The position numbers were made by a program, and so were the translations under genes. Below are positions 23,384 to 36,800 of a stretch of DNA of 64,000 bases, piece by piece (within the stretch, counting starts at the first letter, position 1; each line of letters opens with the position of its first letter). The DNA comes from the human T2T-CHM13v2.0 reference genome, Homo sapiens, in NCBI RefSeq assembly GCF_009914755.1, contig NC_060928.1; one strand, given 5' to 3'. The notes beneath the pieces were generated by a model. It saw only the letters and a program-made list of their open reading frames with translations, had not been told where the DNA came from and ran no database searches.

Positions 23384-26300
23384 CATTCTCAGAAACTTGT
23401 TTGTGATGTGTGTATTCAACTAACAGAGTTGAACTTTTGTTTTTACAGAGCCGTTTTAAAACACTCTTTTTGTGGAATCAGAAAGTGGATATTCGGATGG
23501 CTCTGAGGATTTCGTTGGAAGCGGGATTACATATAAAATCTAGAGAGAAGCATTCTCAGGAACTTCTTTGTGATGTTTGCATTGAAGTCACAGAATTGAA
23601 CATTCACTTTGATAGAGCAGGTTTGAAACACTCATTCTGTAGTATCTGGAAGTGGACATTTCAAGCGCTTTCAGGCCTATGGTGAGAAAGGAAATATCTT
23701 CGAATAAAAACTAGACAGAAGCATCCTCAGAAACTTATTTGTGATGTGTGTCCTCAACTAACAGAGTTGAAACTTTGTTTTGATACAGCATTTTGGAAAC
23801 ACTCTTTTTGTAGAATCTGCAGGTGGATATTTGGATAGCTTAGAGGGATTCGTTGGAAAGGGGATATCTTCATATAAAATCTAGACAGAAGCATTCTCAG
23901 AAACTTATTTGTGATGTGTGTCCTCAACTAACAGAGTTGAACCTTGGTTTTGATACAGCATTTTGGAAACACTCCTTTTGTAGAATCTGCAGGTGGATAT
24001 GTGGATAGCTCTGAAGATTTCGTTGGAAACGGGAATTTCTTCATATAAAATCAAACAGAAGCATTCTCAGAAACTTCTCAGTGATGTTTGCATTCAGCTC
24101 ATGGAGTTGAACACTTCCTTTCATAGAGCCGGTTTGAAACACTCTTTCTGCACTACCTGGAAGAGGACATTTCGAGCGCTTTGAGTCCTATGGTGAAAAA
24201 GGAAATATCTTCTCATAAAAACCAGAAAGAAGCATTCTCAGAAACTTCTTTGTGTTGTGTGTACTCATGTAACAGTGTTGAACCATCCTTTTGACAGAGC
24301 AGTTTTGAAACACTCTTTTTGTAGAATCTGCAAGTGGATATTTGGATAGCTTTGAGGATTTCGTTGGAAACGGGATGACATATAATATCTAGAGAGAAGC
24401 ATACTCAGGAACTTCTTTGTGATGTTTGCATTCAAGTCACAGAATTGAACATTCCCTTTCATAGAGCAGGTTTGAAACACTCTTTCTCTAGTATCTGGAA
24501 GTGGGCATTTCAAGCGCTTTCAGGCCTATGGAGAGAAAGGAAATACCTTCAAATAAAAACTAGACAGAAGCATTCTCAGAAACTTATTTGTGATGTGTGT
24601 CCTCAACTAACAGAGTTGAACCTTTGTTTTGATACAGCATTTTGGAAACACTCCTTTTGTAGAATCTGCAGGTGGATATTTGGATAACTTTGAAGATTTC
24701 GTTGGAAACCGGAATATCTTCATATAAAATCAAGACAGAAGCATTCTCGGAAACATCTCTGTGATGTTTGCATTCAACTCAGTAGAGTTGAACACTTCCT
24801 TTCATAGAGCAGGTTTGAAACACTCTTTCTGCACTACCTGGAAGCGGACATTTCGAGCGCTTTGAGGCCTATGGTGAAAAAGGAAATATCTTCTCATAAA
24901 AACCAGAAAGAAGCATTCTCAGAAACTTCTTTGTGTTGTGTGTACTCAAGTAACAGTGTTGAACCTTCCTTTTGACACAGCAGTTTTGAAACACTCTTTT
25001 GGTAGAATCTGCAAGTGGATATTTGGATAGCTTTGAGGATTTCGTTGGAAACGGGTTATCTTCATATAAAATCCAGACAGGAGCATTCTCAGAAACTTCT
25101 TTGTGCTGCATGTCCTCAATTCACAGAGCTGAACCTTTGTTTGGATACAGCATTTTGGAAACATTCCTTTAGTAGAATCTGCAAGTTGATATTTAGATAG
25201 CTTTGAAGATTTCGTTGGAAACGGGAATATCTTCATAGAAAATCTAGACGGAAGCATTCTCAGAAACTGCTTTGTGATGTTTGCATTCAAGTCACAGAGT
25301 TGAATATTCCCTTTTATAGAGTAGGTTTGAAACACTCTTTCGGCACTACCTGGAAGTGGATATTTCGAGCTCTTTGAGGCCTATGGTTAAAAGGAAATAT
25401 CTTCCCATAAAAACTAGACAGAAGCCGTCTCAGAAACTTGTTTGTGATGTGTGTATTCAACTACCAGAGTTGAACATTTCTGTTACAGAGCAATTTTAAA
25501 ACACTCTTTTTGTGGAATCTGAAAGTGGATAATTGGATAGCTTTGTGGATTTCGTTGGAAACGGGATGACGTATAAAATCTAGAGAGAAGCATTCTCAGG
25601 AACTTCTTTGTGATGTTTGCATTCAAGTCACAGAATTGAACATTCCTTTTCATAGTGCAGGTTTGAAACACTCTTTCTGTAGTATCTGGAAGTGGACATT
25701 TCAAGCGCTTTCAGGCCTACGGGGAGAAAGGAAATATCTTCAAATAAAAACTAGACAGAAGGATTCTCAGAAACTTATTTGTGATGTGTGTCCTAAACGA
25801 ACACAGTTGAACCTTTGTTTTGATACAGCATTTTGGAAACACTCCTTTTGTAGGATCTGCAGGTGGATATTTGGATAGATTTTAAGATTTCGTTGGAAAC
25901 GGGAGTTTCTTCATAGAAACTCAAGACAGATGCATTCTCAGAAACATCTCTGTGATGTTTGCATTCCACTCATAGAGTTGAAAACTTCCTTTCATAGAGC
26001 AGGTTTGAAACACTCTTTTTGTAATATTTGGAAGTGGACATTTGCAGCGCTTTGAGGCCTATGGTGAAAAAGGAAATATCTTCTCATAAAAACCAGAAAC
26101 AAGCATTCTCAGAAACTTCTTTTTGATGTGTGTACTCAAGTAACAGAGTTGAACCTTCCTTTTGACACAGCAGTTTTGAAACAATCTTTTTGTAGAATCT
26201 GCAAGTGGATATTTGGATAGCTTTGAGGATTTCGTTGGAAACGGGATATCTTCATATAAAATCTAGACAGAAGCATTCTCAGAAACTTCTTTGTGCTGTA

Positions 26301-29300
26301 TGTCCTCAATTAACAGAGTTGAACCATTGCTTGGATACAGCATTTTGGAAACATTCCTTGAGTAGAATCTGCAAGTTGATATTTAGATAGATTTGAAGAT
26401 TTCGTTGGAAAAGGGAATATCTCCATATAAAATCTAGAGGGAAGCATTCTCAGAAACTGCTTTGTGATGTTTCCATTCAAGTCACAGAGTTGAATATTCC
26501 CTTTTATAGAGCACGTTTGAAACACTCTTTCTGCACTATCTGGAAGTGGACATTTCGAGCGCTTTGAGGCCTATGGTGAAAAAGGAAATATCTTCCCATA
26601 AAAACTAGACAGAAGCATTCTCAGAAACTTGTTTGTGATGTGTGTATTCAACTAACAGAGTTGAACTTTTGTTTTTACAGAGCCGTTTTAAAACACTCTT
26701 TTTGTGGAATCAGAAAGTGGATATTCGGATGGCTCTGAGGATTTCGTTGGAAGCGGGATTACATATAAAATCTAGAGAGAAGCATTCTCAGGAACTTCTT
26801 TGTGATGTTTGCATTGAAGTCACAGAATTGAACATTCACTTTGATAGAGCAGGTTTGAAACACTCATTCTGTAGTATCTGGAAGTGGACATTTCAAGCGC
26901 TTTCAGGCCTATGGTGAGAAAGGAAATATCTTCGAATAAAAACTAGACAGAAGCATCCTCAGAAACTTATTTGTGATGTGTGTCCTCAACTAACAGAGTT
27001 GAAACTTTGTTTTGATACAGCATTTTGGAAACACTCTTTTTGTAGAATCTGCAGGTGGATATTTGGATAGCTTAGAGGGATTCGTTGGAAAGGGGATATC
27101 TTCATATAAAATCTAGACAGAAGCATTCTCAGAAACTTATTTGTGATGTGTGTCCTCAACTAACAGAGTTGAACCTTGGTTTTGATACAGCATTTTGGAA
27201 ACGCTCCTTTTGTAGAATCTGCAGGTGGATATGTGGATAGCTCTGAAGATTTCGTTGGAAACGGGAATTTCTTCATATAAAATCAAACAGAAGCATTCTC
27301 AGAAACTTCTCAGTGATGTTTGCATTCAGCTCATGGAGTTGAACACTTCCTTTCATAGAGCCGGTTTGAAACACTCTTTCTGCACTACCTGGAAGAGGAC
27401 ATTTCGAGCGCTTTGAGTCCTATGGTGAAAAAGGAAATATCTTCTCATAAAAACCAGAAAGAAGCATTCTCAGAAACTTCTTTGTGTTGTGTGTACTCAT
27501 GTAACAGTGTTGAACCATCCTTTTGACAGAGCAGTTTTGAAACACTCTTTTTGTAGAATCTGCAAGTGGATATTTGGATAGCTTTGAGGATTTCGTTGGA
27601 AACGGGATGACATATAATATCTAGAGAGAAGCATTCTCAGGAACTTCTTTGTGATGTTTGCATTCAAGTCACAGAATTGAACATTCCCTTTCATAGAGCA
27701 GGTTTGAAACACTCTTTCTCTAGTATCTGGAAGTGGGCATTTCAAGCGCTTTCAGGCCTATGGAGAGAAAGGAAATACCTTCAAATAAAAACTAGACAGA
27801 AGCATTCTCAGAAACTTATTTGTGATGTGTGTCCTCAACTAACAGAGTTGAACCTTTGTTTTGATACAGCATTTTGGAAACACTCCTTTTGTAGAATCTG
27901 CAGGTGGATATTTGGATAACTTTGAAGATTTCGTTGGAAACCGGAATATCTTCATATAAAATCAAGACAGAAGCATTCTCGGAAACATCTCTGTGATGTT
28001 TGCATTCAACTCAGTAGAGTTGAACACTTCCTTTCATAGAGCAGGTTTGAAACACTCTTTCTGCACTACCTGGAAGCGGACATTTCGAGCGCTTTGAGGC
28101 CTATGGTGAAAAAGGAAATATCTTCTCATAAAAACCAGAAAGAAGCATTCTCAGAAACTTCTTTGTGTTGTGTGTACTCAAGTAACAGTGTTGAACCTTC
28201 CTTTTGACACAGCAGTTTTGAAACACTCTTTTGGTAGAATCTGCAAGTGGATATTTGGATAGCTTTGAGGATTTCGTTGGAAACGGGTTATCTTCATATA
28301 AAATCCAGACAGGAGCATTCTCAGAAACTTCTTTGTGCTGCATGTCCTCAATTCACAGAGCTGAACCTTTGTTTGGATACAGCATTTTGGAAACATTCCT
28401 TTAGTAGAATCTGCAAGTTGATATTTAGATAGCTTTGAAGATTTCGTTGGAAACGGGAATATCTTCATAGAAAATCTAGACGGAAGCATTCTCAGAAACT
28501 GCTTTGTGATGTTTGCATTCAAGTCACAGAGTTGAATATTCCCTTTTATAGAGTAGGTTTGAAACACTCTTTCGGCACTACCTGGAAGTGGATATTTCGA
28601 GCTCTTTGAGGCCTATGGTTAAAAGGAAATATCTTCCCATAAAAACTAGACAGAAGCCGTCTCAGAAACTTGTTTGTGATGTGTGTATTCAACTAACAGA
28701 GTTGAACATTTCTGTTACAGAGCAATTTTAAAACACTCTTTTTGTGGAATCTGAAAGTGGATAATTGGATAGCTTTGTGGATTTCGTTGGAAACGGGATG
28801 ACGTATAAAATCTAGAGAGAAGCATTCTCAGGAACTTCTTTGTGATGTTTGCATTCAAGTCACAGAATTGAACATTCCTTTTCATAGTGCAGGTTTGAAA
28901 CACTCTTTCTGTAGTATCTGGAAGTGGACATTTCAAGCGCTTTCAGGCCTACGGGGAGAAAGGAAATATCTTCAAATAAAAACTAGACAGAAGGATTCTC
29001 AGAAACTTATTTGTGATGTGTGTCCTAAACGAACACAGTTGAACCTTTGTTTAGATACAGCATTTTGGAAACACTCCTTTTGTAGGATCTGCAGGTGGAT
29101 ATTTGGATAGATTTTAAGATTTCGTTGGAAACGGGAGTTTCTTCATAGAAACTCAGGACAGATGCATTCTCAGAAACATCTCTGTGATGTTTGCATTCCA
29201 CTCATAGAGTTGAAAACTTCCTTTCATAGAGCAGGTTTGAAACACTCTTTTTGTAATATTTGGAAGTGGACATTTGCAGCGCTTTGAGGCCTATGGTGAA

Positions 29301-29847
29301 AAAGGAAATATCTTCTCATAAAAACCAGAAACAAGCATTCTCAGAAACTTCTTTTTGATGTGTGTACTCAAGTAACAGAGTTGAACCTTCGTTTTGACAC
29401 AGCAGTTTTGAAACAATCTTTTTGTAGAATCTGCAAGTGGATATTTGGATAGCTTTGAGGATTTCGTTGGAAACGGGATATCTTCATATAAAATCTAGAC
29501 AGAAGCATTCTCAGAAACTTCTTTGTGCTGTATGTCCTCAATTAACAGAGTTGAACCATTGCTTGGATACAGCATTTTGGAAACATTCCTTTAGTAGAAT
29601 CTGCAAGTTGATATTGAGATAGATTTGAAGATTTCGTTGGAAAAGGGAATATCTCCATATAAAATCTAGACGGAAGCATTCTCAGAAACTGCTTTGTGAT
29701 GTTTCCATTCAAGTCACAGAGTTGAATATTCCCTTTTATAGAGCACGTTTGAAACACTCTTTCTGCACTATCTGGAAGTGGACATTTCGAGCGCTTTGAG
29801 GCCTATGGTGAAAAAGGAAATATCTTCCCATAAAAATTAGACAGAAG
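23384..29847 (+). repeat. Two tandem canonical 19-mer HORs
   Basis: Markers 23410, 26642, 29874. Confidence 0.95.
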
Positions 29848-30864
29848 CATTCTCAGAAACTTGTTTGTGATGTGTGTATTCAACTAACAGAGTTGAACTT
29901 TTGTTTTTACAGAGCCGTTTTAAAACACTCTTTTTGTGGAATCAGAAAGTGGATATTCGGATGGCTCTGAGGATTTCGTTGGAAGCGGGATTACATATAA
30001 AATCTAGAGAGAAGCATTCTCAGGAACTTCTTTGTGATGTTTGCATTGAAGTCACAGAATTGAACATTCACTTTGATAGAGCAGGTTTGAAACACTCATT
30101 CTGTAGTATCTGGAAGTGGACATTTCAAGCGCTTTCAGGCCTATGGTGAAAAAGGAAATATCTTCGAATAAAAACTAGACAGAAGCATCCTCAGAAACTT
30201 ATTTGTGATGTGTGTCCTCAACTAACAGAGTTGAAACTTTGTTTTGATACAGCATTTTGGAAACACTCCTTTTGTAGAATCTGCAGGTGGATATGTGGAT
30301 AGCTCTGAAGATTTCGTTGGAAACGGGAATTTCTTCATATAAAATCAAACAGAAGCATTCTCAGAAACTTCTCAGTGATGTTTGCATTCAGCTCATGGAG
30401 TTGAACACTTCCTTTCATAGAGCCGGTTTGAAACACTCTTTCTGCACTACCTGGAAGAGGCCATTTCGAGCGCTTTGAGTCCTATGGTGAAAAAGGAAAT
30501 ATCTTCTCATAAAAACCAGAAAGAAGCATTCTCAGAAACTTCTTTGTGTTGTGTGTACTCATGTAACAGTGTTGAACCATCCTTTTGACAGAGCAGTTTT
30601 GAAACACTCTTTTTGTAGAATCTGCAAGTGGATATTTGGATAGCTTTGAGGATTTCGTTGGAAACGGGATGACATATAATATCTAGAGAGAAGCATTCTC
30701 AGGAACTTCTTTGTGCTGTTTGCATTCAAGTCACAGAATTGAACATTCCCTTTCATAGAGCAGATTTGAAACACTCTTTCTCTAGTATCTGGAAGTGGGC
30801 ATTTCAAGCGCTTTCAGGCCTATTGAGAGAAAGGAAATACCTTCAAATAAAAACTAGACAGAAG
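29848..30864 (+). repeat. 6-mer structural variant unit #5
   Basis: Marker 29874 to 30891 = 1,017. Confidence 0.95.
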
Positions 30865-33800
30865 CATTCTCAGAAACTTGTTTGTGATGTGTGTATTCAA
30901 CTAACAGAGTTGAACTTTTGTTTTTACAGAGCCGTTTTAAAACACTCTTTTTGTGGAATCAGAAAGTGGATATTCGGATGGCTCTGAGGATTTCGTTGGA
31001 AGCGGGATTACATATAAAATCTAGAGAGAAGCATTCTCAGGAACTTCTTTGTGATGTTTGCATTGAAGTCACAGAATTGAACATTCACTTTGATAGAGCA
31101 GGTTTGAAACACTCATTCTGTAGTATCTGGAAGTGGACATTTCAAGCGCTTTCAGGCCTATGGTGAGAAAGGAAATATCTTCGAATAAAAACTAGACAGA
31201 AGCATCCTCAGAAACTTATTTGTGATGTGTGTCCTCAACTAACAGAGTTGAAACTTTGTTTTGATACAGCATTTTGGAAACACTCTTTTTGTAGAATCTG
31301 CAGGTGGATATTTGGATAGCTTAGAGGGATTCGTTGGAAAGGGGATATCTTCATATAAAATCTAGACAGAAGCATTCTCAGAAACTTATTTGTGATGTGT
31401 GTCCTCAACTAACAGAGTTGAACCTTGGTTTTGATACAGCATTTTGGAAACACTCCTTTTGTAGAATCTGCAGGTGGATATGTGGATAGCTCTGAAGATT
31501 TCGTTGGAAACGGGAATTTCTTCATATAAAATCAAACAGAAGCATTCTCAGAAACTTCTCAGTGATGTTTGCATTCAGCTCATGGAGTTGAACACTTCCT
31601 TTCATAGAGCCGGTTTGAAACACTCTTTCTGCACTACCTGGAAGAGGACATTTCGAGCGCTTTGAGTCCTATGGTGAAAAAGGAAATATCTTCTCATAAA
31701 AACCAGAAAGAAGCATTCTCAGAAACTTCTTTGTGTTGTGTGTACTCATGTAACAGTGTTGAACCATCCTTTTGACAGAGCAGTTTTGAAACACTCTTTT
31801 TGTAGAATCTGCAAGTGGATATTTGGATAGCTTTGAGGATTTCGTTGGAAACGGGATGACATATAATATCTAGAGAGAAGCATTCTCAGGAACTTCTTTG
31901 TGATGTTTGCATTCAAGTCACAGAATTGAACATTCCCTTTCATAGAGCAGGTTTGAAACACTCTTTCTCTAGTATCTGGAAGTGGGCATTTCAAGCGCTT
32001 TCAGGCCTATGGAGAGAAAGGAAATACCTTCAAATAAAAACTAGACAGAAGCATTCTCAGAAACTTATTTGTGATGTGTGTCCTCAACTAACAGAGTTGA
32101 ACCTTTGTTTTGATACAGCATTTTGGAAACACTCCTTTTGTAGAATCTGCAGGTGGATATTTGGATAACTTTGAAGATTTCGTTGGAAACCGGAATATCT
32201 TCATATAAAATCAAGACAGAAGCATTCTCGGAAACATCTCTGTGATGTTTGCATTCAACTCAGTAGAGTTGAACACTTCCTTTCATAGAGCCGGTTTGAA
32301 ACACTCTTTCTGCACTACCTGGAAGCGGACATTTCGAGCGCTTTGAGGCCTATGGTGAAAAAGGAAATATCTTCTCATAAAAACCAGAAAGAAGCATTCT
32401 CAGAAACTTCTTTGTGTTGTGTGTACTCAAGTAACAGTGTTGAACCTTCCTTTTGACACAGCAGTTTTGAAACACTCTTTTGGTAGAATCTGCAAGTGGA
32501 TATTTGGATAGCTTTGAGGATTTCGTTGGAAACGGGTTATCTTCATGTAAAATCCAGACAGGAGCATTCTCAGAAACTTCTTTGTGCTGCATGTCCTCAA
32601 TTCACAGAGCTGAACCTTTGTTTGGATACAGCATTTTGGAAACATTCCTTTAGTAGAATCTGCAAGTTGATATTTAGATAGCTTTGAAGATTTCGTTGGA
32701 AACGGGAATATCTTCATAGAAAATCTAGACGGAAGCATTCTCAGAAACTGCTTTGTGATGTTTGCATTCAAGTCACAGAGTTGAATATTCCCTTTTATAG
32801 AGTAGGTTTGAAACACTCTTTCGGCACTACCTGGAAGTGGATATTTCGAGCTCTTTGAGGCCTATGGTTAAAAGGAAATATCTTCCCATAAAAACTAGAC
32901 AGAAGCCGTCTCAGAAACTTGTTTGTGATGTGTGTATTCAACTACCAGAGTTGAACATTTCTGTTACAGAGCAATTTTAAAACACTCTTTTTGTGGAATC
33001 TGAAAGTGGATAATTGGATAGCTTTGTGGATTTCGTTGGAAACGGGATGACGTATAAAATCTAGAGAGAAGCATTCTCAGGAACTTCTTTCTGATGTTTG
33101 CATTCAAGTCACAGAATTGAACATTCCTTTTCATAGTGCAGGTTTGAAACACTCTTTCTGTAGTATCTGGAAGTGGACATTTCAAGCGCTTTCAGGCCTA
33201 CGGGGAGAAAGGAAATATCTTCAAATAAAAACTAGACAGAAGGATTCTCAGAAACTTATTTGTGATGTGTGTCCTAAACGAACACAGTTGAACCTTTGTT
33301 TTGATACAGCATTTTGGAAACACTCCTTTTGTAGGATCTGCAGGTGGATATTTGGATAGATTTTAAGATTTCGTTGGAAACGGGAGTTTCTTCATAGAAA
33401 CTCAAGACAGATGCATTCTCAGAAACATCTCTGTGATGTTTGCATTCCACTCATAGAGTTGAAAACTTCCTTTCATAGAGCAGGTTTGAAACACTCTTTT
33501 TGTAATATTTGGAAGTGGACATTTGCAGCGCTTTGAGGCCTATGGTGAAAAAGGAAATATCTTCTCATAAAAACCAGAAACAAGCATTCTCAGAAACTTC
33601 TTTTTGATGTGTGTACTCAAGTAACAGAGTTGAACCTTCCTTTTGACACAGCAGTTTTGAAACAATCTTTTTGTAGAATCTGCAAGTGGATATTTGGATA
33701 GCTTTGAGGATTTCGTTGGAAACGGGATATCTTCATATAAAATCTAGACAGAAGCATTCTCAGAAACTTCTTTGTGCTGTATGTCCTCAATTAACAGAGT

Positions 33801-36800
33801 TGAACCATTGCTTGGATACAGCATTTTGGAAACATTCCTTGAGTAGAATCTGCAAGTTGATATTTAGATAGATTTGAAGATTTCGTTGGAAAAGGGAATA
33901 TCTCCATAGAAAATCTAGAGGGAAGCATTCTCAGAAACTGCTTTGTGATGTTTCCATTCAAGTCACAGAGTTGAATATTCCCTTTTATAGAGCACGTTTG
34001 AAACACTCTTTCTGCACTATCTGGAAGTGGACATTTCGAGCGCTTTGAGGCCTATGGTGAAAAAGGAAATATCTTCCCATAAAAACTAGACAGAAGCATT
34101 CTCAGAAACTTGTTTGTGATGTGTGTATTCAACTAACAGAGTTGAACTTTTGTTTTTACAGAGCCGTTTTAAAACACTCTTTTTGTGGAATCAGAAAGTG
34201 GATATTCGGATGGCTCTGAGGATTTCGTTGGAAGCGGGATTACATATAAAATCTAGAGAGAAGCATTCTCAGGAACTTCTTTGTGATGTTTGCATTGAAG
34301 TCACAGAATTGAACATTCACTTTGATAGAGCAGGTTTGAAACACTCATTCTGTAGTATCTGGAAGTGGACATTTCAAGCGCTTTCAGGCCTATGGTGAGA
34401 AAGGAAATATCTTCGAATAAAAACTAGACAGAAGCATCCTCAGAAACTTATTTGTGATGTGTGTCCTCAACTAACAGAGTTGAAACTTTGTTTTGATACA
34501 GCATTTTGGAAACACTCTTTTTGTAGAATCTGCAGGTGGATATTTGGATAGCTTAGAGGGATTCGTTGGAAAGGGGATATCTTCATATAAAATCTAGACA
34601 GAAGCATTCTCAGAAACTTATTTGTGATGTGTGTCCTCAACTAACAGAGTTGAACCTTGGTTTTGATACAGCATTTTGGAAACGCTCCTTTTGTAGAATC
34701 TGCAGGTGGATATGTGGATAGCTCTGAAGATTTCGTTGGAAACGGGAATTTCTTCATATAAAATCAAACAGAAGCATTCTCAGAAACTTCTCAGTGATGT
34801 TTGCATTCAGCTCATGGAGTTGAACACTTCCTTTCATAGAGCCGGTTTGAAACACTCTTTCTGCACTACCTGGAAGAGGACATTTCGAGCGCTTTGAGTC
34901 CTATGGTGAAAAAGGAAATATCTTCTCATAAAAACCAGAAAGAAGCATTCTCAGAAACTTCTTTGTGTTGTGTGTACTCATGTAACAGTGTTGAACCATC
35001 CTTTTGACAGAGCAGTTTTGAAACACTCTTTTTGTAGAATCTGCAAGTGGATATTTGGATAGCTTTGAGGATTTCGTTGGAAACGGGATGACATATAATA
35101 TCTAGAGAGAAGCATTCTCAGGAACTTCTTTGTGATGTTTGCATTCAAGTCACAGAATTGAACATTCCCTTTCATAGAGGAGGTTTGAAACACTCTTTCT
35201 CTAGTATCTGGAAGTGGGCATTTCAAGCGCTTTCAGGCCTATGGAGAGAAAGGAAATACCTTCAAATAAAAACTAGACAGAAGCATTCTCAGAAACTTAT
35301 TTGTGATGTGTGTCCTCAACTAACAGAGTTGAACCTTTGTTTTGATACAGCATTTTGGAAACACTCCTTTTGTAGAATCTGCAGGTGGATATTTGGATAA
35401 CTTTGAAGATTTCGTTGGAAACCGGAATATCTTCATATAAAATCAAGACAGAAGCATTCTCGGAAACATCTCTGTGATGTTTGCATTCAACTCAGTAGAG
35501 TTGAACACTTCCTTTCATAGAGCCGGTTTGAAACACTCTTTCTGCACTACCTGGAAGCGGACATTTCGAGCGCTTTGAGGCCTATGGTGAAAAAGGAAAT
35601 ATCTTCTCATAAAAACCAGAAAGAAGCATTCTCAGAAACTTCTTTGTGTTGTGTGTACTCAAGTAACAGTGTTGAACCTTCCTTTTGACACAGCAGTTTT
35701 GAAACACTCTTTTGGTAGAATCTGCAAGTGGATATTTGGATAGCTTTGAGGATTTCGTTGGAAACGGGTTATCTTCATATAAAATCCAGACAGGAGCATT
35801 CTCAGAAACTTCTTTGTGCTGCATGTCCTCAATTCACAGAGCTGAACCTTGGTTTGGATACAGCATTTTGGAAACATTCCTTTAGTAGAATCTGCAAGTT
35901 GATATTTAGATAGCTTTGAAGATTTCGTTGGAAACGGGAATATCTTCATAGAAAATCTAGACGGAAGCATTCTCAGAAACTGCTTTGTGATGTTTGCATT
36001 CAAGTCACAGAGTTGAATATTCCCTTTTATAGAGTAGGTTTGAAACACTCTTTCGGCACTACCTGGAAGTGGATATTTCGAGCTCTTTGAGGCCTATGGT
36101 TAAAAGGAAATATCTTCCCATAAAAACTAGACAGAAGCCGTCTCAGAAACTTGTTTGTGATGTGTGTATTCAACTACCAGAGTTGAACATTTCTGTTACA
36201 GAGCAATTTTAAAACACTCTTTTTGTGGAATCTGAAAGTGGATAATTGGATAGCTTTGTGGATTTCGTTGGAAACGGGATGACGTATAAAATCTAGAGAG
36301 AAGCATTCTCAGGAACTTCTTTCTGATGTTTGCATTCAAGTCACAGAATTGAACATTCCTTTTCATAGTGCAGGTTTGAAACACTCTTTCTGTAGTATCT
36401 GGAAGTGGACATTTCAAGCGCTTTCAGGCCTACGGGGAGAAAGGAAATATCTTCAAATAAAAACTAGACAGAAGGATTCTCAGAAACTTATTTGTGATGT
36501 GTGTCCTAAACGAACACAGTTGAACCTTTGTTTAGATACAGCATTTTGGAAACACTCCTTTTGTAGGATCTGCAGGTGGATATTTGGATAGATTTTAAGA
36601 TTTCGTTGGAAACGGGAGTTTCTTCATAGAAACTCAAGACAGATGCATTCTCAGAAACATCTCTGTGATGTTTGCATTCCACTCATAGAGTTGAAAACTT
36701 CCTTTCATAGAGCAGGTTTGAAACACTCTTTTTGTAATATTTGGAAGTGGACATTTGCAGCGCTTTGAGGCCTATGGTGAAAAAGGAAATATCTTCTCAT

